Below are positions 1 to 8,355 of a stretch of DNA of 29,836 bases, piece by piece. The stretch's first letter is position 1. Each line of letters begins with the position of its first letter. The translations under genes and the position numbers were made by a program. The notes below the pieces were generated by a model. The model was not told the origin of the DNA. It did no database searches and saw only the letters and a list, made by a program, of their open reading frames with translations. Source of the stretch: Candidatus Ratteibacteria bacterium (GTDB taxonomy: Bacteria > Ratteibacteria > UBA8468 > B48-G9 > DTJG01); assembly GCA_049971295.1 (NCBI GenBank), contig JBMFLH010000012.1, positions 1 through 29,836 on the forward strand, given 5' to 3'.

Positions 1-1
1 C

Positions 2-1189
2 AGGCGCATCCCTCCTTGTTCGCCCCAATAAATATTTTTCTTCCTTTTTTTCTATTAAAACTTCAACTGTTTTGCCTTGAAAAGATAACGCAATGTCTTT
101 ACTAATTTTTTTCTGAACTTTCATTAACCTTTGATATCTTTCTTTTTTTCTCTCATACGGTATCTGGCCTGGCATCAAAGATGCAGGAGTACCATTTTCA
201 GGATAATAAATAAATGCGCCGAGTTTTTCAAACCTCATCTCCCTGACAAAATCCAGAAGTTCCTGAAACATTCCTTCTGTTTCACCAGGGAAACCTACAA
301 TCAATGTTGTTCGAAGAGCAATGTTAGGAATAGTTCGTCTGATATCTTCAATCAACTTTCTATAGTCTTTTACTGGCCTGTTCATTTTTTTCAATATTTC
401 AGGATTAATATGTTGAAGCGGAATATCAAGATATTTACAAATTTGCGAATGCGAATTCATTAATTCCAATAGTTTCTGACTGATCCCTGAAGGATGCAGA
501 TACATTAACCTGATCCACGGAAACCCTATTTTTAATAAACTTCTGAGTAGCTTGCATAAGCTATGTTCACCACGATCTTTTCCGTAGGCAGTAATATCAT
601 GTCCCACTATTATCAATTCTTTAACTCCTGAAGCAAAAAGAGATTCTGCTTCTTTCAAAATGTCTTTTTCGAAAAAACTGTAAAGAGGGCCTCTGATGAT
701 TGGAATCGTGCAATAAGAACACCTATTGTTGCATCCTTCAGCAATTTTAATGTATGCATACGGAAATGTTGAAACAGCTCTCGGTAAACGACAATATTGA
801 TGAATACCAACATCTGTATGCGTATAAATCCTTTTACCCGACTCAATTTCAGAAAAAATTTCAGGCAATCTGGCGATGCTGTAAGGACCAATAACGCCAT
901 CAATATCTCTGTCCTTCAGCAACCTATCATGGTCTCTCGCAGGCAAACAACCAGTCACAATCAGTTTGAATTCATATTCCCTTTTCCTATCTTTCAAAAA
1001 GGAAATCACCTGTCTTGCCTCATCAATCGCCGGATTGATGAATGCGCAGGTGTTCACGATAACAAAATCAGATTCTTCAGGAATCAATGAAATTTCATAA
1101 CCGGCTTGCCCGAGTATTCCGATGATTTTTTCAGAATCTACTGTATTTTTTGGACATCCAAGGCTTATTACACACAGTTTCTTCGTCAT
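2..1189 (-). CDS. rimO: Ribosomal protein S12 methylthiotransferase RimO (3' end runs off the window; absent from the ORF track)
   Basis: Manual translation from ATG at 1189: MTKKLCVISLGCPKNTVDSE...VNTCAFI...VTGCL...YAYIKIAEGCNNRCSYCTIP (radical SAM CxxxCxxC)...RTTLIVGFPGET...GRTRRDAP (TRAM domain). Frame stays open to the window edge. Confidence 0.93.
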   Translation of the reverse strand, partial: MTKKLCVISLGCPKNTVDSEKIIGILGQAGYEISLIPEESDFVIVNTCAFINPAIDEARQVISFLKDRKREYEFKLIVTGCLPARDHDRLLKDRDIDGVIGPYSIARLPEIFSEIESGKRIYTHTDVGIHQYCRLPRAVSTFPYAYIKIAEGCNNRCSYCTIPIIRGPLYSFFEKDILKEAESLFASGVKELIIVGHDITAYGKDRGEHSLCKLLRSLLKIGFPWIRLMYLHPSGISQKLLELMNSHSQICKYLDIPLQHINPEILKKMNRPVKDYRKLIEDIRRTIPNIALRTTLIVGFPGETEGMFQELLDFVREMRFEKLGAFIYYPENGTPASLMPGQIPYERKKERYQRLMKVQKKISKDIALSFQGKTVEVLIEKKEEKYLLGRTRRDAP

Positions 1190-1204
1190 TTGTAGAAAAG
1201 TTTT

Positions 1205-3418
1205 TCATTTGTTGTCAACATCCTTTCCATGATTGTTCAGGCCATCGTCCTTTTGAACCAAACCTTTGAGAATTACCCTGGGTTTACCTTCCCTGTATGG
1301 CCCCACAATACCTTCTGCTTCCATTCGTTCAATTAATCTTGCCGCTCTATTGAATCCTATCTCAAGTCGTCTCTGTAGCATAGAAATTGAAGCAATTCTT
1401 GTCTCAAGAACAATCCTCACAGCTCTTGTGTAAAGTTCATCATCATCACTACCCACTGAAGAACCAGGCACAATGGCGCCCTCCTGAGATTCTGGCTGGT
1501 GTTCAAGAATTTCCATTTTATATTCAGGGGTCCCCTGAGATTTAAGAAAATCTGTCAAGGATTCCAGTTCTTCATCACTAACAAATCCACCCTGAGCCCT
1601 GATAGGATGTGATCTTCCAGGTGGAATAAAGAGAAGATCTCCTCTCCCAAGAAGTTTTTCAGCTCCTTTCGAATCAAGAATTGTCTGGGAATCAAATTTC
1701 GATGATACCTGAAATGCGATTCTGCATGGCAAATTCGCCTTTATGATACCTGTAATCACATTAACGGATGGCCTCTGGGTGGCAAGAATTAAATGTATTC
1801 CTGCTGCGCGGGAAAGAGCTGTCAACCTGATGATACTGTTTTCAATTTCATTTCTTGCAATTAGCATCAAATCCGCAAGTTCATCCACCACCACCACAAT
1901 ATATGGAAGTTTTTCTTCGAGCTGTTGATTGTATGCTTCAATATTTCTTACCTTTGCCTGTGCAAAAATATGATAGCGACGGTCCATTTCTTTGATTAGC
2001 CATTTGAGAGAGGTCACTGCCTTTTTAATATCAGTGATGACCGGCAAAATCAGATGTGGTATATCATTGTAAATGACAAGCTCCACCATTTTCGGGTCAA
2101 TCATCAGAAGCTTTACTTCGTCAGGCGATGCCTTGTAAAGAATGCTTGTAATCAGCGAATTGAGACACACTGTTTTTCCTGAACCAGTTGCACCCGCAAT
2201 CAAAAGATGTGGCATAATTTTCAAATCAGATATCACAGGCTTGCCAAGAATGTTTTTTCCTATTGCCACAGTAAGTTTTGAAGGCGAGTTTTGAAATTCC
2301 TTGCTTTCCAGTATTTCTCTCAAACATACAATGGAGATTTCTCTATTAGGCACCTCAATTCCTATGGTTGACTTACCCGGTATTGGAGCTACCATTCTGA
2401 TGGGACTTGCCTTCAAACTCATCGCAATGTTATCAGCCAGTTTTGTAATTTTTACCAGTGGTATTCCTGGTGCCGGTTGAACTTCGTACAGGGTCACTCT
2501 GGGTCCCTGGGTAAAATTAACAACCTCTCCTTCTATTCCAAAATCACTGAGGGTCTCCTCTATCACCTGGGCATAAACCCTGAGGTCTTTTTCTGTTTCC
2601 TTCTCAGGATGTTTTGCTGCTTTAAGCAATGAAAGAGATGGTAATTGATATGTTCCAGATTTTACTGTCGCCTGCTTTTTTAAGACAGATTTTTCCTGCG
2701 GTTGAACTGTAATGATTTCAGTTGCAGGTGGTTCATTTGGCTCCGGGATAGTGGTTCTTTGAGTTTGTGTTTCAACCATCACTTTTTCTACTTTGTCAGG
2801 GACTTTTACCGTTTGAACTCTTCTGGCTTTTTGTTTCACGGATGATTTCATTACAAAAGATGATCCAGGTTGCCACAGGTTTGAAAAAGCCGAAACGATG
2901 TCTTCAAAAGGAGAATAAAAAATTCTTGATGAGGCAATAAATAATCCTGCGCTGGTTATAGCGAGAAGAAAAAATCCTCCTTTATCACCAAAATATGATA
3001 TTACTCCATTGCCTATTAATAATCCGGTAATCCCAGCTTGCGGAAAAACAGAAGAACCGGACGTACCAAAACCCTTTCTGATGGATTCAATAAGCCCTGT
3101 GAGGACAAAAATAAAAAGCACACAACTGATCCCTTCAAGGGCCGTAAACCTTTCTCTTTTCCAGGATTTTGACCAGGCATAAAGAAAAACAGTTACAATG
3201 CATAAGTATGCCACCCAACCAAAAATGAAAAACGACACAGCAGAAATGTTCGCGCCAAATTTACCGCCAAAGTTTGCAGGTATGTCCTTTATGGGATATC
3301 CCAGCTGGCAAAACTGGAAACAGGGATCATCAGGGCTATAAGTAATCAGGCATAAAAATAGGAATATCGCCACTCCCAGAAGAATAATTCCAAAAAATCT
3401 TGAAAGGTTTCTTTCCAT
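1205..3418 (-). CDS. ftsK: DNA translocase FtsK
   Basis: N-terminal TM segments, Walker A GATGSGKT, VVVDELADLM, GIHLILATQRPS, gamma domain SISMLQRRLEIGFNRAARLI. Start placed at ATG 3418 (3421 is an alternative) rather than TTG 3466. Confidence 0.95.
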   Translation of the reverse strand: MERNLSRFFGIILLGVAIFLFLCLITYSPDDPCFQFCQLGYPIKDIPANFGGKFGANISAVSFFIFGWVAYLCIVTVFLYAWSKSWKRERFTALEGISCVLFIFVLTGLIESIRKGFGTSGSSVFPQAGITGLLIGNGVISYFGDKGGFFLLAITSAGLFIASSRIFYSPFEDIVSAFSNLWQPGSSFVMKSSVKQKARRVQTVKVPDKVEKVMVETQTQRTTIPEPNEPPATEIITVQPQEKSVLKKQATVKSGTYQLPSLSLLKAAKHPEKETEKDLRVYAQVIEETLSDFGIEGEVVNFTQGPRVTLYEVQPAPGIPLVKITKLADNIAMSLKASPIRMVAPIPGKSTIGIEVPNREISIVCLREILESKEFQNSPSKLTVAIGKNILGKPVISDLKIMPHLLIAGATGSGKTVCLNSLITSILYKASPDEVKLLMIDPKMVELVIYNDIPHLILPVITDIKKAVTSLKWLIKEMDRRYHIFAQAKVRNIEAYNQQLEEKLPYIVVVVDELADLMLIARNEIENSIIRLTALSRAAGIHLILATQRPSVNVITGIIKANLPCRIAFQVSSKFDSQTILDSKGAEKLLGRGDLLFIPPGRSHPIRAQGGFVSDEELESLTDFLKSQGTPEYKMEILEHQPESQEGAIVPGSSVGSDDDELYTRAVRIVLETRIASISMLQRRLEIGFNRAARLIERMEAEGIVGPYREGKPRVILKGLVQKDDGLNNHGKDVDNK

Positions 3419-3427
3419 CATTATAAT
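3400..3427 (+). promoter_or_regulatory. Putative sigma70 promoter of rbfA-argS
   Basis: TTGAAA (3400-3405), 16 nt, TATAAT (3422-3427). AGGGAG Shine-Dalgarno precedes ATG 3467. Confidence 0.6.
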
Positions 3428-3454
3428 TTTAACATAAAATAAATACATTGTTAA
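3426..3454 (-). promoter_or_regulatory. Putative sigma70 promoter of ftsK (likely leaderless transcript)
   Basis: Minus strand: TTAACA (3454-3449), 17-nt spacer ending TGt, TAAAAT (3431-3426), then 7 nt to ATG 3418. No Shine-Dalgarno. Confidence 0.6.
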
Positions 3455-3466
3455 CAGGGAGACCAA

Positions 3467-3832
3467 ATGTCATTTGAAGATCAAAACAGAAGGAATTTGA
3501 AATTCGCCAGTACCTTGAAACACCAGATCAATGAAATTTTACAAAAGGAAATTTCTGATCCTCGAATAGGATTTGTGACAATTACAAATGTCAGGGTGAG
3601 CGCTGATAGAAAACATGTAACAGTGTACGTCAGCACACTCGGAAACGAAGAAAAACAGGCAGAATCACTAAAAGGACTTGTCAATGCATCGGGATATATC
3701 AGACATCTTTTGAGCAAAAAACTTGAAACCAGATTTACTCCTGACATTGAATTTATAAGGGACGAAAATCCAGGTGACAGAATTGAAAAAATATTAAAAG
3801 AAATCGAACACGAAAAAGGAACAAACCAATGA
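3467..3832 (+). CDS. rbfA: 30S ribosome-binding factor A
   Basis: EISDPRIGFVTITNVRVSADRKHVTVYVS...ASGYIRHLLSKKLETRFTPDIEFIRD matches the RbfA signature. Confidence 0.95.
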   Translation: MSFEDQNRRNLKFASTLKHQINEILQKEISDPRIGFVTITNVRVSADRKHVTVYVSTLGNEEKQAESLKGLVNASGYIRHLLSKKLETRFTPDIEFIRDENPGDRIEKILKEIEHEKGTNQ

Positions 3833-5448
3833 ATTCTTCTGAAATAAAAGAAAACCTTGTAAAAATTCTAACAAAGGGAGGGCTTCTCTTTGAACAATTC
3901 AATGTATTTCCTTCTGCAAAAAAAGAATTTGGAGACTTTTCCACAAACCTGTTTTTTAAATTAAAAGAATCAGGACATCGCATCTCAATTGATGATTTAA
4001 TTTCTCTCATCAAGAAGGACAACTGGTTCTTGAAGAATTTTGAAAAGATTGAAGAGAAAAATGGCTTTTTGAATTTTTTCCTTAAAGATACGCTCATATA
4101 CGAAATTGTCAATGAAATACTTGCAAAAAAACAGGAATTTGGAAGATCTCACTATGGAGATAGCAAAAAGGTACTCATAGAATTCGTCAGCGCCAATCCC
4201 ACAGGACCACTCACCATAGCGCACGGAAGACAGGCTGCTTTCGGGGAATCCCTCGCAAGAATTCTTTCTTTTTGTGGATGGCATGTCACGAGAGAATACT
4301 ACCTTAATGATTGCGGAAGGCAGATGGTACTTCTTGGAATTTCTTTAAAATCCCGATATCTTCAACTCAAGGGAATACATGCAGAAATTCCAGAAGATGG
4401 ATATCACGGCGAATATCTGAAGGAAATTGCAAAAAAATTGCCTGATGGGTGTGAAAACAAAGATGCCAGTTTTTTTGAAGAAATCGCAAAACAAGAAATA
4501 CTCAATATGATTAAGCAGGACCTTGATCAATTCAATGTCAGATTTGATAGATATTTTTCTGAAAAAGAATTGCGCGACAGTGGTAGGGTCGAAAAAGTCA
4601 TTCAGAAGCTCAGGGAAAATTCCCTTGTGTATGAACGCGAGGGTGCATTGTGGTTCAGGTCCACGCAATATGGGGACGACAAAGACAGGGTTCTAATAAA
4701 AAGTGATGGTTCATATACGTATCTTGCGCCTGATATTGCATATCATGAAGATAAAATCACAAGGGCATATCATCTTCTGATTAATTTATGGGGACCAGAC
4801 CATGCTGGATACATTCCAAGAATTAAGGCAGCAGTTGCTGCGCTGGGATTTCCTCCAGAAAAACTCCAGATTATTATCGTGCAACTGACAACACTTTACC
4901 GTGGTAAAGAAAAAATTTTAATGTCCACAAGAAAGGGACAGTTTATCACCCTCAAACAATTGATAGATGAGGTTGGTCCGGATGCTACAAAGTTCTTTTT
5001 CCTCTTCAGAAAGGCAGACAGTCATCTTGACTTTGACATGGACCTTGCAAAGAAAAAAACAGAAGAAAATCCCGTCTACTATATTCAATATGCGTACGTT
5101 CGCGTGATTCATATCCTTGCTTTTGGAAAGGAAAAAGGATATAAAGAAAACGAGATACTTCAGGCAGATTTCTCATTGCTGAAAGAAACCCTTGAAATTG
5201 AAATTTTGAAGAAACTCAAATCCTTCCCGGTGATTGTTGAACAAGCTGCCAGAACTCTTGAGGTTTCAAAAATTGCCCATTACATCCTTGACCTTGCAGG
5301 AGATTTTCATTCATATTATCAGAAGTTCAGGGTGGTTAACGAAGACAAAAAAATGTCCTGCGCTCGACTTGCGCTGGTACAATGTGTTTATACAGTCATG
5401 CAAAACGGTCTTGACCTTCTTGGCATATCAAAACCAGAAAAAATGTAA
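3829..5448 (+). CDS. argS: Arginine--tRNA ligase
   Basis: FGDFSTN, EFVSANPTGPLTIAHGRQ (HIGH region), GDDKDRVL, GPDHAGY, MSTRKG, YYIQYAY, DALR anticodon-binding domain ending PEKM. Confidence 0.96.
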   Translation: MNSSEIKENLVKILTKGGLLFEQFNVFPSAKKEFGDFSTNLFFKLKESGHRISIDDLISLIKKDNWFLKNFEKIEEKNGFLNFFLKDTLIYEIVNEILAKKQEFGRSHYGDSKKVLIEFVSANPTGPLTIAHGRQAAFGESLARILSFCGWHVTREYYLNDCGRQMVLLGISLKSRYLQLKGIHAEIPEDGYHGEYLKEIAKKLPDGCENKDASFFEEIAKQEILNMIKQDLDQFNVRFDRYFSEKELRDSGRVEKVIQKLRENSLVYEREGALWFRSTQYGDDKDRVLIKSDGSYTYLAPDIAYHEDKITRAYHLLINLWGPDHAGYIPRIKAAVAALGFPPEKLQIIIVQLTTLYRGKEKILMSTRKGQFITLKQLIDEVGPDATKFFFLFRKADSHLDFDMDLAKKKTEENPVYYIQYAYVRVIHILAFGKEKGYKENEILQADFSLLKETLEIEILKKLKSFPVIVEQAARTLEVSKIAHYILDLAGDFHSYYQKFRVVNEDKKMSCARLALVQCVYTVMQNGLDLLGISKPEKM

Positions 5449-5461
5449 AGTATGCCCTTTC

Positions 5462-5490
5462 TTGACATAGAAATTTTTTTGAGGTATTTT
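5462..5490 (+). promoter_or_regulatory. Putative sigma70 promoter of the pilB-pilT-pilB unit (near-leaderless)
   Basis: TTGACA (5462-5467), 17 nt, TATTTT (5485-5490), 8 nt to ATG 5499. No SD in between. Confidence 0.6.
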
Positions 5491-5498
5491 ATTTTTGT

Positions 5499-7211
5499 AT
5501 GCCAACAAAGAAAGAAATTACAACAATCATCCAGAACATAGGGCTCTGGAACAAGCAGGCAATTGAAAAAGCCCTGCAGGAACAGGAAACTACTGATAGA
5601 CCGTTAAAAGAAATATTCCAGAACATGGGGCTATTGCCTTTTGGAGACATACCCGCAACCTTGTTTTTTCAACTCGGTATTGTTCAGCAAAATTTGCCGC
5701 TTCGCGAAATTCCTCCCGATGTAATAAATCTCATATCCCCTTCGTTTGCAAAAAAACATAGAATCATCCCCTGGGAAATTCGTGAGGATGGAAAATTGGT
5801 TATTGTGACCGACGACCCCATTAACATCATAGCCAGTGATTATTTCAAAAAAAATCTTAATGTACCTTATGACATTGAAATCGTTGTTACTTTTCCAAAT
5901 GAAATCGACCAGCTGATAGCAAAATATTTTGAGCAACAGGATATTGAAGACCTATCAAGCATGCTTCAGGAGGTTGGAAGCGCTGACACCATTGAAACGC
6001 TTGAGGACGAAGAAATCACCACTGACGAAGATGAAGAAGCTCTTGCGCTTCAGGCGCCTGTTGTAAAAATCGTAAATCTGATTTTTGTTGAAGCGCTGAG
6101 AAGAAGGGCAAGCGATATTCATCTGGAGCCACTGGAAAAAAAGTTCAGGGTCAGATTTAGAATCGACGGCGTTCTTTATGAAGTTGTAAGTCCACCAAAG
6201 AGAGTTGAAAGAGCTGTCATCGCTCGTGTCAAACTGATGGCAAAAATGGATCTTGCAGAAAAACGGCTTCCACAGGATGGTAGAATCATGCTTGATATAG
6301 GTGGAAGGCCCATCGATTTCCGTGTATCAACCCTTCCAGGAATCTATGGGGAAAGTGTGGTTCTCAGAATTCTTGACAAAACAAAGGCATTGAAAGATCT
6401 TGAGCAACTTGGATTTATGGAACAGGACCGCAAAACATGGGAAAACCTTTTAAAATACTCTGGCGGAATTTTGCTTGTCACAGGTCCCACAGGAAGCGGA
6501 AAAACAACAACCCTTTATGCGTCCTTGAAAAAACTCAATACCATTGATAGAAAACTTATGACAGTTGAAGAGCCTGTGGAATACCAAATTCCTGGTATAA
6601 ACCAGACACAGGTAAGATCTGAAATAGGACTGACTTTTGCCAGTGTTTTAAGAGCTTTTTTGAGACAATCTCCTGATGTTATTCTGGTTGGAGAAATTCG
6701 TGATTTCGAAACCGCTGACATTGCTTTACGCGCTGCACTCACAGGGCACCTTGTTTTTAGCACTCTTCATACAAATGACGCGCCAAGTGCTATTACAAGA
6801 TTGATTGACCTTGGAATACCACCATTTCTTGTTGCATCATCGGTTCAGGGGGTGATGGCACAGCGACTTGTCAGAGTCCTTTGTAAATTCTGCAAACAAC
6901 AGATTGAACCAGACGAACAGATGAAAAAGGCATTGAAAATAAAGGAAGGAGAAAAGGTGACAATTTACGAACCAAGAGGTTGTCCTGAATGCAATTTTAC
7001 AGGTTTTATGGACAGGATTGCCATATTTGAAATCTTCATAATGAACGATACTTTACGAGAACTTACCATGAAAAGAGCAACCGCTGAAGAATTGAGAAAA
7101 GAAGCCCGAAGACTTGGAATGAGTACGATGAGAGACGATGGCATCAGAAAGGTAAAACTTGGATTGACAACACTTCAGGAAGTTACAGAGGTTGCTGGAG
7201 AGGAGTTTTAA
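5499..7211 (+). CDS. pilB: Type IV pilus/T2SS assembly ATPase PilB/GspE family (copy 1, degenerate MshEN N-terminus)
   Basis: ASDIHLEP, RFRIDGVL, RLPQDGR, Walker A GPTGSGKTTT, RQSPDVILVGEIRD, GHLVFSTLHTND, Zn motif CKFC...CPEC. Confidence 0.92.
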   Translation: MPTKKEITTIIQNIGLWNKQAIEKALQEQETTDRPLKEIFQNMGLLPFGDIPATLFFQLGIVQQNLPLREIPPDVINLISPSFAKKHRIIPWEIREDGKLVIVTDDPINIIASDYFKKNLNVPYDIEIVVTFPNEIDQLIAKYFEQQDIEDLSSMLQEVGSADTIETLEDEEITTDEDEEALALQAPVVKIVNLIFVEALRRRASDIHLEPLEKKFRVRFRIDGVLYEVVSPPKRVERAVIARVKLMAKMDLAEKRLPQDGRIMLDIGGRPIDFRVSTLPGIYGESVVLRILDKTKALKDLEQLGFMEQDRKTWENLLKYSGGILLVTGPTGSGKTTTLYASLKKLNTIDRKLMTVEEPVEYQIPGINQTQVRSEIGLTFASVLRAFLRQSPDVILVGEIRDFETADIALRAALTGHLVFSTLHTNDAPSAITRLIDLGIPPFLVASSVQGVMAQRLVRVLCKFCKQQIEPDEQMKKALKIKEGEKVTIYEPRGCPECNFTGFMDRIAIFEIFIMNDTLRELTMKRATAEELRKEARRLGMSTMRDDGIRKVKLGLTTLQEVTEVAGEEF

Positions 7212-8354
7212 ATGCCAAAACCGATTGAACAACTACTTGAGATGATTGTTCGCGAAGATGCAGCAGATCTTCACATCAATGTTGGACTTCCACCAATGAT
7301 GAGACATCACGGAGGTCTTGTGAAAATGGATTCAGAACCGCTGACTCCAGAAGACACTGTTAATTATATGAAGGCCATCACATCAAGAGAACACCAGGAA
7401 GAACTTCAAAGAGTTGGTGGAACAGATTTTGGTTTCGCATTCAAAGATATCGCAAGGTTTCGTGTCTCTGTATTTAAGGAACGCGGACACATCGCAATGG
7501 CACTTCGCTTGATTCCTTATAGATTTCTCACGTTCCAGGAATTAGGACTTGAAGAAAGAACCATGAAATATCTTCTTACAAGGCCTCGCGGGCTTATACT
7601 TGTTACTGGTCCAACAGGTTCAGGTAAAACCACCACCCTTGCTTCTATGATAGATTATATGAACACGCATATGGACCTTCACATTATTACCATTGAAGAC
7701 CCCATTGAATATTATCATCCACACAAACTGTCTATCATCACCCAGAGAGAACTCGGCGTGGATGTGCCTTCTTTTGCTGAAGCATTAAGAAGGGGTTTAA
7801 GACAGGACCCTGATGTGTTCCTTGTGGGAGAAATGAGAGACCTTGAAACAATTGAAGCAGCGATTACAGCTGCTGAAACAGGTCATATCGTTTTCGGAAC
7901 GCTGCATACCACAGGAGCAACCCGCACCATTGATAGAATTGTCAATGTCTTTCCTGTTGCTCAACAGGAACAAATCAGGGTGATGCTTTCTGTTTCCATT
8001 CTCGCTATTATATCCCAGATCCTTCTCAAACGGATTGACAAACCTGGCAGGGTCGCAGCATATGAAATTATGATTGCGACTCCTTCCATACAAAACCTTA
8101 TCCGTGAAAGAAAAACATACAGAATTATGTCAGATATTCAAACAGGAATGAAAATGGGAATGATTACAATGGACACATTTTTAATGAGATTGTTCAAAGA
8201 AGGGAAAATTTCTTTTGAAGATGTAATGATTTACAGTCATGACCCAGAACAGGTAAAATTGCAACTGGCTGCAGAGGGCGTAATAGATGAAAAATTAGCA
8301 TCAAAAAAATACGGAGAAGAAATTATTATAGAAAGCGAAGAAACAAAAGGCTAA
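7212..8354 (+). CDS. pilT: Type IV pilus retraction ATPase PilT
   Basis: GPTGSGKTTT, TIEDPIEY, LRQDPDVFLVGEMRDLET, AETGHIVFGTLHT, SIQNLIRE (AIRNLIRE-like), GMITMD. No tetra-Cys motif. Confidence 0.95.
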   Translation: MPKPIEQLLEMIVREDAADLHINVGLPPMMRHHGGLVKMDSEPLTPEDTVNYMKAITSREHQEELQRVGGTDFGFAFKDIARFRVSVFKERGHIAMALRLIPYRFLTFQELGLEERTMKYLLTRPRGLILVTGPTGSGKTTTLASMIDYMNTHMDLHIITIEDPIEYYHPHKLSIITQRELGVDVPSFAEALRRGLRQDPDVFLVGEMRDLETIEAAITAAETGHIVFGTLHTTGATRTIDRIVNVFPVAQQEQIRVMLSVSILAIISQILLKRIDKPGRVAAYEIMIATPSIQNLIRERKTYRIMSDIQTGMKMGMITMDTFLMRLFKEGKISFEDVMIYSHDPEQVKLQLAAEGVIDEKLASKKYGEEIIIESEETKG

Positions 8355-8355
8355 G

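Noticed and set aside
131..1090. ORF-track entries 131..463 (+), 655..903 (-), 797..1090 (+)
   Set aside because: Shadow frames of rimO, which occupies 2-1189 on the minus strand with all expected motifs.
3419..3466. FtsK N-terminal extension from TTG 3466
   Set aside because: It would abut the rbfA start and cover both promoters; the ATG at 3418/3421 fits better.
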